From positions 1 through 64,000 of IMG/VR virus record IMGVR_UViG_3300027833_001604: a stretch of 64,000 nucleotides of DNA; one strand, 5' to 3'. This document shows positions 28,664 through 38,432 of this stretch, in pieces (position 1 is the first letter of the stretch; each line of letters opens with the position of its first letter). The translations under genes were made by a program, and so were the position numbers. The stretch comes from a virus. The notes under the pieces were generated by a model. It did not search any database. It saw only the letters and a list, made by a program, of their open reading frames with translations, and was not told the DNA's origin.

Positions 28664-29077
28664 TTGACTAATAAAGTAGACTTAAACGCATATAACGACT
28701 TTGTAAAAGAAGTAACTAGTAATGAATCAATGGATTCAGTAGCAATGTATGAACGTATTATTGACATCGAAAAAACAAGCGGAGTCAATATGGCTTCACT
28801 ACTAACAGGCTCGATTGGAATGGCGAGCGAAGGAGGAGAGTTCAGTGAAATTGTTAAAAAATGTGTATTTCAAGGTAAACCAATGGATGATGCAACAATC
28901 TTTCATGCCAAACGAGAACTTGGCGATATTATTTGGTATTGGATTACTGCTTGTCGGGCGCTCAATTTAGACCCTAATGAAGTAATCGAAGAGAATGTGA
29001 ATAAACTGAAGTCACGCTATCCTGGTGGAGACTTTGATGTTCACTATAGTGAAAACAGGAAAGACGGAGATCTATGA
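28664..29077 (+). CDS. MazG-like nucleotide pyrophosphohydrolase
   Basis: SEGGEFSEIVKK, RELGDIIWY, NVNKLKSRYP. Confidence 0.88.
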   Translation: MTNKVDLNAYNDFVKEVTSNESMDSVAMYERIIDIEKTSGVNMASLLTGSIGMASEGGEFSEIVKKCVFQGKPMDDATIFHAKRELGDIIWYWITACRALNLDPNEVIEENVNKLKSRYPGGDFDVHYSENRKDGDL

Positions 29078-29247
29078 CAGACAAAGAATACTCAGAATAT
29101 GGGTATAGAGGATTAGAAGAAGTTTTAGCCAAAGATGCAGAAATCAAAGAACTTAAAAAAGAGATTTCTGAGTTAAAGATGAAACTGCAACAAGCAGAAA
29201 ATCAAAACAACAATCTTATGGCAACAGCTAACTTACCTAAATACTAA
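29074..29247 (+). CDS. small coiled-coil protein (57 aa, not in ORF track)
   Basis: ATGA overlap; MTDKEYSEYGYRGLEEVLAKDAEIKELKKEISELKMKLQQ... Confidence 0.65.
   Translation: MTDKEYSEYGYRGLEEVLAKDAEIKELKKEISELKMKLQQAENQNNNLMATANLPKY
29237..29243 (+). promoter_or_regulatory. late promoter, leaderless arrangement
   Basis: CTAAATA-ctaat-ATG(29249). Confidence 0.65.
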
Positions 29248-29248
29248 T

Positions 29249-29650
29249 ATGATCGAATATAAAGGCAAAGCCTACACTGAATTAAACTTCAATGAATGCA
29301 TTGAGTTTGAAAAAGAACTATTGAAAAAAGTTATTGCTGCCGGCAGGGCTGGTATGGGTGATGAATTAATCCACCAACTAAACGTTTTTATTGATTTGCT
29401 ACGAGACCAAAAGGCAGAGGCAATTAGGAAAGAGATGAAGCAAAAAGGTGACGACAAAGAAGACGGTATTGTATTAGATACTTCTCCACCTGAATTAGAG
29501 ATTATAGAACCTGAGCCAGAATATCCAAAAATGAAGAAAACACAAGTCGAATTAACTAGATCAGATAAGTTAAAAATAGCAGACATGTATAAGCCATCAA
29601 TTGATCCAGAAGCAGTTAAATTAGCAGAGACATACAAAAATGAAAAATAA
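29249..29650 (+). CDS. hypothetical protein
   Basis: ORF in operon position. Confidence 0.65.
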   Translation: MIEYKGKAYTELNFNECIEFEKELLKKVIAAGRAGMGDELIHQLNVFIDLLRDQKAEAIRKEMKQKGDDKEDGIVLDTSPPELEIIEPEPEYPKMKKTQVELTRSDKLKIADMYKPSIDPEAVKLAETYKNEK

Positions 29651-30413
29651 CATATTTGGAATATGGTATGAGCCAGGTGATATCGGAACTTGGTTTGCAT
29701 GGTTTATTAATCAACATCATGGTTATTCAAAACCAGACATTGAAATTAGATATGATGCCGAGGGCGATAAGTTTAATCATATTGCCACCGATTATTGCTG
29801 CAATAAAATTTCATGGTATATCCCAGCCGGATTACATGCCATACCGCCTCGCTCACATAAATTTATCAAATCATTTGATGAATTTCATAAATTAGCAGGT
29901 GGTGGCGATCTAGCCTACAAAATAATTCCTTGGCATAATCCGTTTCAGACCAATTCAGAAGAAATGCCTGACGGAATGTCACCAACTCAAGTGTGTAAAC
30001 AACTGTTAGAAGAAACTAATACTGATGCAATTATCATTCCACAAGTAGAAGTAAGCTATAAATTGTTTGCAAAAAGGCTTGCATTTATTAGGCCTAGATT
30101 TACAGTAGAAGAAACTGAAAAATATTACAGACAGCGAATGGAAAAAGGCTACAACAACACGTTAACACAGATGCGTGAAGCTATTCCAGGTATAAAAATT
30201 CACACAATAGCAATAGATAAATTAATTCTACAAAATGATGTCAGCGAGTATCAGAAACTGTTAGATATATTAAAAGTTCCTGCATTAGATAATTGGACAT
30301 CACATACAAATAACTATTACGAAAAGATATTTGCTCCGTGGGAACATATTAAGTCTGAAGAATTAAATATCAGACCAGAAACACTTAATGCTATCAAAGA
30401 AAACCCATATTAA
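29640..30413 (+). CDS. hypothetical protein, sulfotransferase-like (paralog A)
   Basis: PGDIGTWFAWFINQH; shares motifs with the next gene. Confidence 0.5.
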   Translation: MKNNIFGIWYEPGDIGTWFAWFINQHHGYSKPDIEIRYDAEGDKFNHIATDYCCNKISWYIPAGLHAIPPRSHKFIKSFDEFHKLAGGGDLAYKIIPWHNPFQTNSEEMPDGMSPTQVCKQLLEETNTDAIIIPQVEVSYKLFAKRLAFIRPRFTVEETEKYYRQRMEKGYNNTLTQMREAIPGIKIHTIAIDKLILQNDVSEYQKLLDILKVPALDNWTSHTNNYYEKIFAPWEHIKSEELNIRPETLNAIKENPY

Positions 30414-31087
30414 TGAATACTTATTGTGTGTTATTCAGTAATGGATTAAGTGGAACATGGCTAACATGGTTTATTAACCAACACAAAGACTTTCCAGATA
30501 GACTAGAACTTGATCCTGCACATAGTGATCCTGAACATCCGGATCGTATAACTGATTACAGCACACAACCAAACTGGTGGCATGCTGAACAGAGTTGGGA
30601 AGATTTTATGGTATATTGTGAAAGACAAGATCATCCAAACGAACGTGAAAATGAACCAGATATAAGATGGGGGTTTAGTAACTTAGCATTTAAGGTGCAG
30701 CCATATCATGAATTCTTTGGACCAGATATGAACTCTGATCAGTCTAAAGAAGCCTGTAAGTTTGTATTAGATAAAAGTAATTGTAAACAAGTAATAGTGC
30801 CAGTATGCAACGAAGTGTTATATAAACCAATATATAACAGATTAATTGCAATTAGACACTATTATACCGTTGACAAAGACCCAAAAAAGTGGTATAATAG
30901 TATATTGTATGAGTATATACAACAGGAACTAAAAGTGCCGTTGTTATATTTAGACATAGGAAAGATACTAAGTGGAAATGATTCAGAGTATCAAACGTTA
31001 ATACAAACACTTAAAGTTCCTGAATTAAACAATTGGAAAGAACTTGTAAATGACTGCAGACGAGAAATATATGATAATTACAAGTAA
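30413..31087 (+). CDS. hypothetical protein, sulfotransferase-like (paralog B)
   Basis: NGLSGTWLTWFINQH; shared K..P.H and EYQ.L...LKVP.L.NW. Confidence 0.5.
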   Translation: MNTYCVLFSNGLSGTWLTWFINQHKDFPDRLELDPAHSDPEHPDRITDYSTQPNWWHAEQSWEDFMVYCERQDHPNERENEPDIRWGFSNLAFKVQPYHEFFGPDMNSDQSKEACKFVLDKSNCKQVIVPVCNEVLYKPIYNRLIAIRHYYTVDKDPKKWYNSILYEYIQQELKVPLLYLDIGKILSGNDSEYQTLIQTLKVPELNNWKELVNDCRREIYDNYK

Positions 31088-31094
31088 GTATGAT

Positions 31095-31601
31095 ATGAAG
31101 CAAAATCAACATGGACAGACAATAGTAAACGAAGTAGATTTAATCGACAGTTGGCTATCTGGTAAGCATGTTAGTGATGTAATTATGGATGATGTAGAGC
31201 CGATAAATATATACAACAACTGGTGTAATATGTATGACAACAAAGACGTTATTACTGCACAGCCAGAATATAAGAAAGATGATTACATTGAAAAATGTAT
31301 GAGTAATTGGGCAATGCCTGAAGAATATAAAGAACTTGATGTGGTTAGATTTATTAATAATAGAGAGCTAACATATCAAGAGCGTGATAGAGTGCATTTA
31401 GAAATTGAAATGTATCGTGAACGTGGCTTAATTCCAGTGCTAAGATTTTTAGTTTACTTAGTGGATTTATGCAAACAAAATAACATTGTATTAGGTGTTG
31501 GACGTGGATCAAGTGTAGCAAGTTATGTATTATATTTGTTAGGAGTTCACAAAGTAAACAGCATTAAATATGATTTAGACATAAAGGAGTTTTTGAAATG
31601 A
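31095..31601 (+). CDS. stand-alone DnaE (Pol III alpha) NTPase-domain fragment
   Basis: RVHLEI...GVGRGSSVASYVLYLLGV...IKYDL..EFL; ends before the catalytic DxD. Confidence 0.8.
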   Translation: MKQNQHGQTIVNEVDLIDSWLSGKHVSDVIMDDVEPINIYNNWCNMYDNKDVITAQPEYKKDDYIEKCMSNWAMPEEYKELDVVRFINNRELTYQERDRVHLEIEMYRERGLIPVLRFLVYLVDLCKQNNIVLGVGRGSSVASYVLYLLGVHKVNSIKYDLDIKEFLK

Positions 31602-32011
31602 AAACAGTTAAAACAGCAAAAGGTAGAATGCTAGACATGGGTGCGTTAGCAGCCCAAAACGAGGAAACTCGTGCTATCAGTAATGTGCCTATAAACGCAA
31701 GAGGCGATATCATTGATAACCGTGGAAACGTTAAAATTTCACGTGAAGATATTTCTAAAGAATTTTATAAAGAAACTGTTCCAGGAAATGTCGTAGAGCA
31801 AGGTATCAAAGAAGAAACTATACTAACACCTGTTGAACAGCCAGAACCAAAACAAGAACCAGTGCAAAAAGAAGCAATAGTCGATGATGGTCCAGTTGAA
31901 ATCTCACGTAAAGAACGTGAGCGTAAAGACGGTAGTAAATACTTTGAAATAGAGTATATGGATGGCAGCATGGAAGAAGTTGATATTCCCCAAAACAAAA
32001 ACAAGAAATAG
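31598..32011 (+). CDS. hypothetical phage protein
   Basis: TAKGRMLDM...NARGDII motif upstream of GroES. Confidence 0.7.
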   Translation: MKTVKTAKGRMLDMGALAAQNEETRAISNVPINARGDIIDNRGNVKISREDISKEFYKETVPGNVVEQGIKEETILTPVEQPEPKQEPVQKEAIVDDGPVEISRKERERKDGSKYFEIEYMDGSMEEVDIPQNKNKK

Positions 32012-32019
32012 GATATAAA

Positions 32020-32421
32020 ATGAGCCTTAAAGTAAAAGCAATGCGTAATAAGATCTTAGCAGAAATGATTGATGATCCAGGTGATGAAATAACAACAGCC
32101 GGTGGTATTATTCTTATATCAAAAGATGGAACTGAATCCGCAGTTAGACCACGTTGGTTTCAAGTATACAGTGTAGGCGATGACATTGATTGGTTAACAG
32201 AAGGCGCATATGTGCTAGTTGATCATGGACGTTGGAGCAATGGCATGAAAGTAGACAACGACTTGAAAATCTATCTATTAGATAATAAAGATTGTTTAAT
32301 GGTATCAGATGACAATCCAATGTTAAATGCTAATATCATGATTGGTAGTAAACCAGTCGCCAGGCGTCCATCCGATGATGCAAGTAGACATGGTGTAACA
32401 ACAGGCTACGTCCCAAATTAA
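32020..32421 (+). CDS. groES: GroES-like co-chaperonin
   Basis: TTAGGIIL mobile loop, VYSVG, GAYVL. Confidence 0.75.
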   Translation: MSLKVKAMRNKILAEMIDDPGDEITTAGGIILISKDGTESAVRPRWFQVYSVGDDIDWLTEGAYVLVDHGRWSNGMKVDNDLKIYLLDNKDCLMVSDDNPMLNANIMIGSKPVARRPSDDASRHGVTTGYVPN

Positions 32422-32443
32422 ATCTAAAAGGAAATTAATAATA

Positions 32444-33082
32444 ATGAAAAAATTAACAGGCGTTATTCCTGAACCTAAAGAAGTGCCTACACCACCTCCT
32501 GCTCCACCAATGCCTACTCCACCAATTCCGCCTAAACAACCAGGCGACTATTTGCGTGAGAATGGTATCTTGCATATGGACAAAGAGTTTAATCAAGAGA
32601 ATTGTATGCCGTTGGTTAAGATGATTATGGAATATAATCTTATGCCTGACCTTAAAGCACCTGAAGTTATTCACCTATATATTAATTCACCAGGTGGGTA
32701 TGTTGACAGTTGTATGCACTTAATTGATATTATTAAACAGTCACGCATTCCAGTTTATACATACGGAATGGGCTCAATTGCATCGTGTGGCGTTATGCTT
32801 ATGATGGCAGGCGTTAAAGGACATAGATACCTCACACAAAATACGGCAGTTATGAGTCACGAATTTAGTGGCGGAACAAAAGGCCAATATCATGATATGG
32901 TAGAAAGCCGTAAGCACATGGACTGGACAAATCAAAAATTAATGGAACACTACGTTAAATGCACAGGCAAAAAAGAACCTTACATTCGTAAGCATTTGCT
33001 TGCACCTAAAACTGATCATTGGTTAACACCCGAAGAAGCAGTTAAACATGGCATTGCAGATTTAGTTATAGAGTCTTACTAA
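32444..33082 (+). CDS. clpP: ClpP protease subunit
   Basis: LYINSPGG, GSIASCG, MSH, DHWLTPEEAVKHGIAD. Confidence 0.9.
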   Translation: MKKLTGVIPEPKEVPTPPPAPPMPTPPIPPKQPGDYLRENGILHMDKEFNQENCMPLVKMIMEYNLMPDLKAPEVIHLYINSPGGYVDSCMHLIDIIKQSRIPVYTYGMGSIASCGVMLMMAGVKGHRYLTQNTAVMSHEFSGGTKGQYHDMVESRKHMDWTNQKLMEHYVKCTGKKEPYIRKHLLAPKTDHWLTPEEAVKHGIADLVIESY

Positions 33083-33083
33083 A

Positions 33084-34460
33084 ATGGGTCAACTGAGAAA
33101 TCCTAATCTCGAAACTATGAAGCGAGAACTTGATGAAATGGGATTTAACTCAGAGACATTTTGCACGGCTCCATATCTTAACATTGACTTAGATCAAGAC
33201 GGAGCAATATATACCTGTTATCGTGGTAAAACTAATGTAGGTGACTGGAAAAAAGAAAGCCTGAAAGATAGTTTTAATGGACCACAGATGCAAAAGATTC
33301 GTAAAGATCTTTACGAAGGTAGACAAAACAAAAACTGTCGTAGTTGTTGGGCCGCAGAGAAAAAAGGTAGTAACAGTCCTAGAGTGCATTTTTATTATGA
33401 TTTTATGGATCAATATTATGAAGATAATCCAGAAGGCGCCCAAGAATATTTAGATAAAATTAAAGCAGACTATATAAAAGGCAAGATAGCAGACATAAAG
33501 CGTGGCGAACTAAGACCAAGTAGTTTATGTAATCTACGTTGTATGCATTGTGGTCCACATAGTAGCACTAAGTGGGTAGAAACACTAACCAAAGGTGACA
33601 ATGCAAAAGTTTATATGGAAAACGAAGGCTTAATGGAAAACGGCAATGGTATTATTAATCATAACATTATTGACACAGGCCTAACAACATACTATAAAAA
33701 TACATTAACAAGTGACACAGATTACGAAGAAGATCTATTAGAAGTTTTAGATTCACTTGAGCATATAAGTTTTACAGGTGGCGAGCCGTTGCTTACACCA
33801 GAACACCCACGTTACTTACAACATTTTATCGACAGTGGAAATGCTAAAAATATGTATTTGGAATACAATACAAATCTAAATATCAAAAACATTGAAAAGT
33901 TCTTTCCATTATGGGAGAATTTTAAGCACTTACATATTAGAGCAAGTATTGATGCTAGTTTTGACACTTACGAATACTTTAGAACATACGGTAAAATTGA
34001 TCTACTTAAAGATTGTCTACAAAAAATACAAAAATTCCGTTTAGAAAAAATGGGTGGCAAAAGACGTATGAAAATCAATGCTACTGTAACACACAATTTG
34101 TTTAGTGCGTTACGTTGGAAAGATCTCACAAGAGATTGGACTACACATGGCGTAGCATTTCACGTAAGTCTAATTATTGACCATCCTATAAGTGTTATAT
34201 ACATGCCAAAAGAATTGCGTGAAAAAGCAGTTGCGGAGATGCAGTGGTGTTATGACAATATAGAGCAATTCACAGACGACGAAGATTATATAGATATATA
34301 CAGACATCACACAGAACAGTGTATCAAATACACAGCAGAACAAAATCACGAAAGTGATAAGTTCCCTGAACAAACTATAAAGTATATTGAGTTCTGTGAC
34401 AAAACAAGTGGTAAAAGCTACAAAGATTATTTTCCAGAATTAATAAAATATTTAGAATAA
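33084..34460 (+). CDS. radical SAM protein with N-terminal twitch/SPASM-like domain
   Basis: CTAPY...TC...CRSC, then CNLRCMHC, GGEP, YNTN. Confidence 0.88.
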   Translation: MGQLRNPNLETMKRELDEMGFNSETFCTAPYLNIDLDQDGAIYTCYRGKTNVGDWKKESLKDSFNGPQMQKIRKDLYEGRQNKNCRSCWAAEKKGSNSPRVHFYYDFMDQYYEDNPEGAQEYLDKIKADYIKGKIADIKRGELRPSSLCNLRCMHCGPHSSTKWVETLTKGDNAKVYMENEGLMENGNGIINHNIIDTGLTTYYKNTLTSDTDYEEDLLEVLDSLEHISFTGGEPLLTPEHPRYLQHFIDSGNAKNMYLEYNTNLNIKNIEKFFPLWENFKHLHIRASIDASFDTYEYFRTYGKIDLLKDCLQKIQKFRLEKMGGKRRMKINATVTHNLFSALRWKDLTRDWTTHGVAFHVSLIIDHPISVIYMPKELREKAVAEMQWCYDNIEQFTDDEDYIDIYRHHTEQCIKYTAEQNHESDKFPEQTIKYIEFCDKTSGKSYKDYFPELIKYLE

Positions 34461-34471
34461 CGGAGTTACAA

Positions 34472-34963
34472 TTGAAATCAATCAAAGATACCTATGCAGA
34501 TTTTTTCAAATGGGTTAAGGGCACAGAGCTTGTAGAACTAGAAAATATTAATGTAGAAGAAGATCCAGTAAGACCAGAACTAAGTTTAGAATGGCGTAAG
34601 GCTAATGGTCGTAAGATTTACGGACTAAAATATCAAGACACAATAGAAGGTATCGTGTGCGTAGCATTTACCAATGACATACCTACTACTGTTAAAGAAC
34701 TAGAACTTATGAGTGAGAATGCTAGTTTAAAAAATGATTTCAATACCGCAGTTGCATATACTGTATGGTCACGTAAGCGTGGCGCAGGTAAAGAGATAAT
34801 ACATAAACTATTAACCCATGTTAAAACAAACGAAGAGATTAAGACAGTAGTTACTCTATCGCCATTAACACCAATGGCAACACACTTTCATATTAAGAAC
34901 GGTGCTAAACTAAAGAAAATTAGTGCTGAAACACAAAACTTTGAATACAAGATTAATACTTGA
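34472..34963 (+). CDS. GNAT-like hypothetical protein
   Basis: YTVWSRKRGAGK, VTLSP...A..FHIKNGA. Confidence 0.6.
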   Translation: MKSIKDTYADFFKWVKGTELVELENINVEEDPVRPELSLEWRKANGRKIYGLKYQDTIEGIVCVAFTNDIPTTVKELELMSENASLKNDFNTAVAYTVWSRKRGAGKEIIHKLLTHVKTNEEIKTVVTLSPLTPMATHFHIKNGAKLKKISAETQNFEYKINT

Positions 34964-34987
34964 CAAATGAGTAATATCGTATATAAT
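34960..34987 (+). promoter_or_regulatory. sigma70-type promoter of the clamp loader gene
   Basis: TTGACA-N16-TATAAT. Confidence 0.7.
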
Positions 34988-35019
34988 AGTAGAATAAAGA
35001 AAGAAACACGGAGAATAAC

Positions 35020-35943
35020 TTGAAAGACTTATGGGTAGAAAAGTATCGTCCAACTAATGTTGGCGAATATGTATTTAAAGATGATTCACAGCGTAAGCAA
35101 GTGCAAAACTGGATTGACGACAAAGGTATTCCACACTTGTTATTCAGCGGTAGCCCAGGCACTGGCAAAACTACACTAGCAAAAGTTTTGATTGCAGAAC
35201 TAAGTGTAGAAAAAGCAGACGTGCTTTATATTAATGCTAGTAGAGATAATGGCGTTGAAATGATTCGTAAGCGTATTAGTGCATTTAGTGAAACTATGCC
35301 TTGGGGTGATTTTAAAGTTATCTTGCTAGACGAAGCAGACCATATTAGTCCTGAAGGACAAGCAGCATTACGTGGGGTTATGGAACAGTATCATGCAAGT
35401 GTGCGTTTTATTTTAACGTGTAACTATCCTAACATGATTATTCCTGCACTACACAGCAGATGTCAAGGCTTCCACATTGAAGAACTTGACCATACCGATT
35501 TCACAGTGCGTGTAGGAGAGATCCTGGCACAAAACGCAGTTCAATTTGATATTGAGACCTTAGACGCAATGGTCCGTGCAAATTATCCTGACTTACGTAA
35601 AACTATTAACACAGTGCAAATGACCATTGTGGATAATATACTTGCTATGCCCGATGACGGTGGCAGCACAAGCGAGTGGCGATTAGCAATGGTAGAGCTA
35701 TTTCGCAGTGGTAAGATACAGGATGCACGTAAACTCATAATCAAATCTGCACGTGCTGATGAGTATAATGATATATTTACTTGGCTTTACAAGAACTTAG
35801 ATCTTTATACAAAGAATGACTTTCAATATGATAGTTGCGTATTAGCAATTAGAGAAGGCATGATTAAGCACACTCAAGTAGCAGATCCTGAGATTAATCT
35901 TAGTGCTACAATGATTGAGTTGGCAAGAACTCTAAATGAGTAG
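35020..35943 (+). CDS. clamp loader AAA+ subunit (gp44/RFC small subunit-like)
   Basis: LWVEKYRP, GSPGTGKTT, INAS, LDEAD, SRC. Confidence 0.93.
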   Translation: MKDLWVEKYRPTNVGEYVFKDDSQRKQVQNWIDDKGIPHLLFSGSPGTGKTTLAKVLIAELSVEKADVLYINASRDNGVEMIRKRISAFSETMPWGDFKVILLDEADHISPEGQAALRGVMEQYHASVRFILTCNYPNMIIPALHSRCQGFHIEELDHTDFTVRVGEILAQNAVQFDIETLDAMVRANYPDLRKTINTVQMTIVDNILAMPDDGGSTSEWRLAMVELFRSGKIQDARKLIIKSARADEYNDIFTWLYKNLDLYTKNDFQYDSCVLAIREGMIKHTQVADPEINLSATMIELARTLNE

Positions 35944-36994
35944 GTTAGAAAACCTATTACTTCCAGTTACATTTAACAATTGGAATACTTACTCGTATAG
36001 TCCAAGGGTTAATACACTAATGAGTCTTAGTTTTAGTATGGGTGCAATGCCCAAGCCATTAGCATATGTTTCAACTTCACCTGATTACTTTTTTGATGAC
36101 AACGGCAACGTAGTTAATTTGCTTGATCAGTGTAAAGCAATAGACGGCAGTGAAACACTAGAACAAGACATAATAGATATGCTGCAAGATGTAAAAGATA
36201 TTGAGAATGAGCCTATACTAGATTCAAACTTTAAATTTACATTGCCGTATGCATTTCAATATGCCCAAGCAAAAGATATTACATGTAAAAAATTCCATAC
36301 ACACTACGCAGATAGTTTATGGATGGGATTACTTGAGTATAAGACCAACGAACGATTTGATCCTGATGTCGTAAACTTTACATATAAAAGTAACTTAGCA
36401 GACATTGACTTAATGTTGAATTCATATCTTAATGAACACATTAATCTAGCAGGTGCTGACAATTATCTGTTGGCTATTATAGATGAAATAGCATTACGTA
36501 GAAATGAAGAAGTTAACGTGGGTGATGCATGTGATTACTTCTTAAACAAGCCTTTTAGAATGTTATTATTAGCTGTTGACAATGGCCTAAACCATATTAT
36601 GGAAAACGGTTATGAAGTATACAGAGATCAATTAATTGCTGGTTACCAAATTACACGACCAAAGCGTGAAGAAGTTCCGTTTGTTTATTCAACAAGATTG
36701 TTTGACCATAACTATATTGAAAAGTCATCAATTTCATATGAAGTAACGTGTGAACGAGTTGATATACAACCTAATTATAATCTGTTTGAAGAATGGCATT
36801 ACTATAATTTTAAGGGCTGTAACACCCATGAAGATAATCTAGTAAATACTATTGTTAGGATATCCACAGGATATGATTTCACTCTTGCTAACTGGAACTA
36901 TTTCCAACAAGCAGTATTTGAAGTAGGATGTAAGCAATATACAGATGAAGCCAGCAATAGCATTTTTAAGACATGGATCGACAGTCGAAGGTAG
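35936..36994 (+). CDS. hypothetical protein
   Basis: 352-aa ORF, translationally coupled. Confidence 0.65.
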   Translation: MSRLENLLLPVTFNNWNTYSYSPRVNTLMSLSFSMGAMPKPLAYVSTSPDYFFDDNGNVVNLLDQCKAIDGSETLEQDIIDMLQDVKDIENEPILDSNFKFTLPYAFQYAQAKDITCKKFHTHYADSLWMGLLEYKTNERFDPDVVNFTYKSNLADIDLMLNSYLNEHINLAGADNYLLAIIDEIALRRNEEVNVGDACDYFLNKPFRMLLLAVDNGLNHIMENGYEVYRDQLIAGYQITRPKREEVPFVYSTRLFDHNYIEKSSISYEVTCERVDIQPNYNLFEEWHYYNFKGCNTHEDNLVNTIVRISTGYDFTLANWNYFQQAVFEVGCKQYTDEASNSIFKTWIDSRR

Positions 36995-37187
36995 AGAAGT
37001 ATTCCTAGTAACAATGCTAGGCAAAGCCTTTATAGACTTAGATTTAGACACCGCAGTAATCGTTCCACGTGGTAATATTACTACAACAAGCGAACAATAT
37101 CTATTAGAAAAAACAACCCAATTAGTTTCCGCTTACATTTTTCTAGATGAAAAAGAAGCCATGCTGTTTAGGATTAAGTATACATAA
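36945..37187 (+). CDS. hypothetical protein
   Basis: C-terminal F.DEKEAMLFRIKY; overlaps upstream gene. Confidence 0.5.
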   Translation: MKPAIAFLRHGSTVEGREVFLVTMLGKAFIDLDLDTAVIVPRGNITTTSEQYLLEKTTQLVSAYIFLDEKEAMLFRIKYT

Positions 37188-37206
37188 TAGTAGAGCACAA
37201 AACGGC

Positions 37207-37213
37207 ATAAATA
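37207..37213 (+). promoter_or_regulatory. late promoter (ATAAATA)
   Basis: Intergenic, upstream of the MotA/ExbB-like cassette. Confidence 0.55.
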
Positions 37214-37346
37214 AGTATAGCAATGAAAAGTAAAGAATGAATATTACACACTGCAATAGAGTATAATATACCGCATTGAAGTAGACAACAGCAAACTACA
37301 ACATGGTCGAGACTTTTCCTAAGATATAATATAAGGATGGATTACG

Positions 37347-37790
37347 ATGAATACTCGGTTTATGATATGGTGGCTGGCCACCGTTATACAGATTATTGGT
37401 GTAGGTCTTGCTATTAACTTTGGAGCAATTTCTTTTTTACTAGAAGCAGATCAAACATATTTAAGCTTCGTAACAACTGGACTATGGATTATTGGCTCAA
37501 TAACAATTGGCTATCTTGCATGGAAAAAAGAAACAGATTATGACACACCTTGGTTTATTGCGGAAAGCTGCATAAGCGTAGGTATGATTGGAACACTAAT
37601 TGGCTTTATGCTAATGTTGGGTTCCAGCTTAGGCGATGTAGACCCAAGCAATATGCAATCAATGAAGCAAGTAATTAGTGACATGGCAAGTGGTATGAGT
37701 ACCGCACTTGTTACAACATTATCAGGATTAGTATTCAGCTTATTCCTGAAGATACAAATTACAATTCAAGAACATAAAATGGTAGAGTAA
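37347..37790 (+). CDS. MotA/TolQ/ExbB proton-channel family protein
   Basis: Four TM helices; VGMIGTLIG and GMSTALVTTLSGL. Confidence 0.85.
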   Translation: MNTRFMIWWLATVIQIIGVGLAINFGAISFLLEADQTYLSFVTTGLWIIGSITIGYLAWKKETDYDTPWFIAESCISVGMIGTLIGFMLMLGSSLGDVDPSNMQSMKQVISDMASGMSTALVTTLSGLVFSLFLKIQITIQEHKMVE

Positions 37791-37793
37791 CAC

Positions 37794-38432
37794 ATGGCAC
37801 GTAGACGCAGCGGGAATCAGCTCGCATTCAACGATATGCTATTTAATATATTACTAGGATTTGTTGTCCTATTTGTTATTGCATTTTTGTTGATCAACCC
37901 TATAACTAAAAAACAAGATGTGCCGTCAAAGGCAGAAGCTATGATCATAATGGAATGGGCTGATAACAGCTACACCGATATGGATTTATGGATTCAACGT
38001 GACGACAATAGCCCTGTGGGATTCAACAATAAATCAGGACAAGGCATGAACTTAGAACGTGATGACCTAGGCTCTACAAATGATAGATTTTATGTAGATG
38101 GGCAAGTGTCAATTGTTAAAACAAACAGAGAAGTTGTTAATGTTAGAGGTATTGTTCCTGGTAATTATTATCCAAATGTGCATACTTATAATTGGAGTGA
38201 TACAGAACCTTTAGAAATTACAATAACAGTAGTAGACATTAATCCAGTATATAGAGAAATATATTCTATAAAAGTAATAGTAAGTAAAAGAGGTGATGTT
38301 GTAAGACTACCTGGATTTGTAATAGATGCTGAAGGTCGTATAGGCAATGTGTTTAATCACACAAAAACCGTAGTTCCAAACCGAGGTAGAGTCGGCGATA
38401 CACAAGGCACCAACTTTCAAAGTAATGAGTAA
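37794..38432 (+). CDS. ExbD/MotB-like single-pass partner
   Basis: Basic N-terminus, AFNDMLFNILLGFVVLF (intramembrane Asp), beta-rich extracytoplasmic domain with DMDLW. Confidence 0.65.
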   Translation: MARRRSGNQLAFNDMLFNILLGFVVLFVIAFLLINPITKKQDVPSKAEAMIIMEWADNSYTDMDLWIQRDDNSPVGFNNKSGQGMNLERDDLGSTNDRFYVDGQVSIVKTNREVVNVRGIVPGNYYPNVHTYNWSDTEPLEITITVVDINPVYREIYSIKVIVSKRGDVVRLPGFVIDAEGRIGNVFNHTKTVVPNRGRVGDTQGTNFQSNE

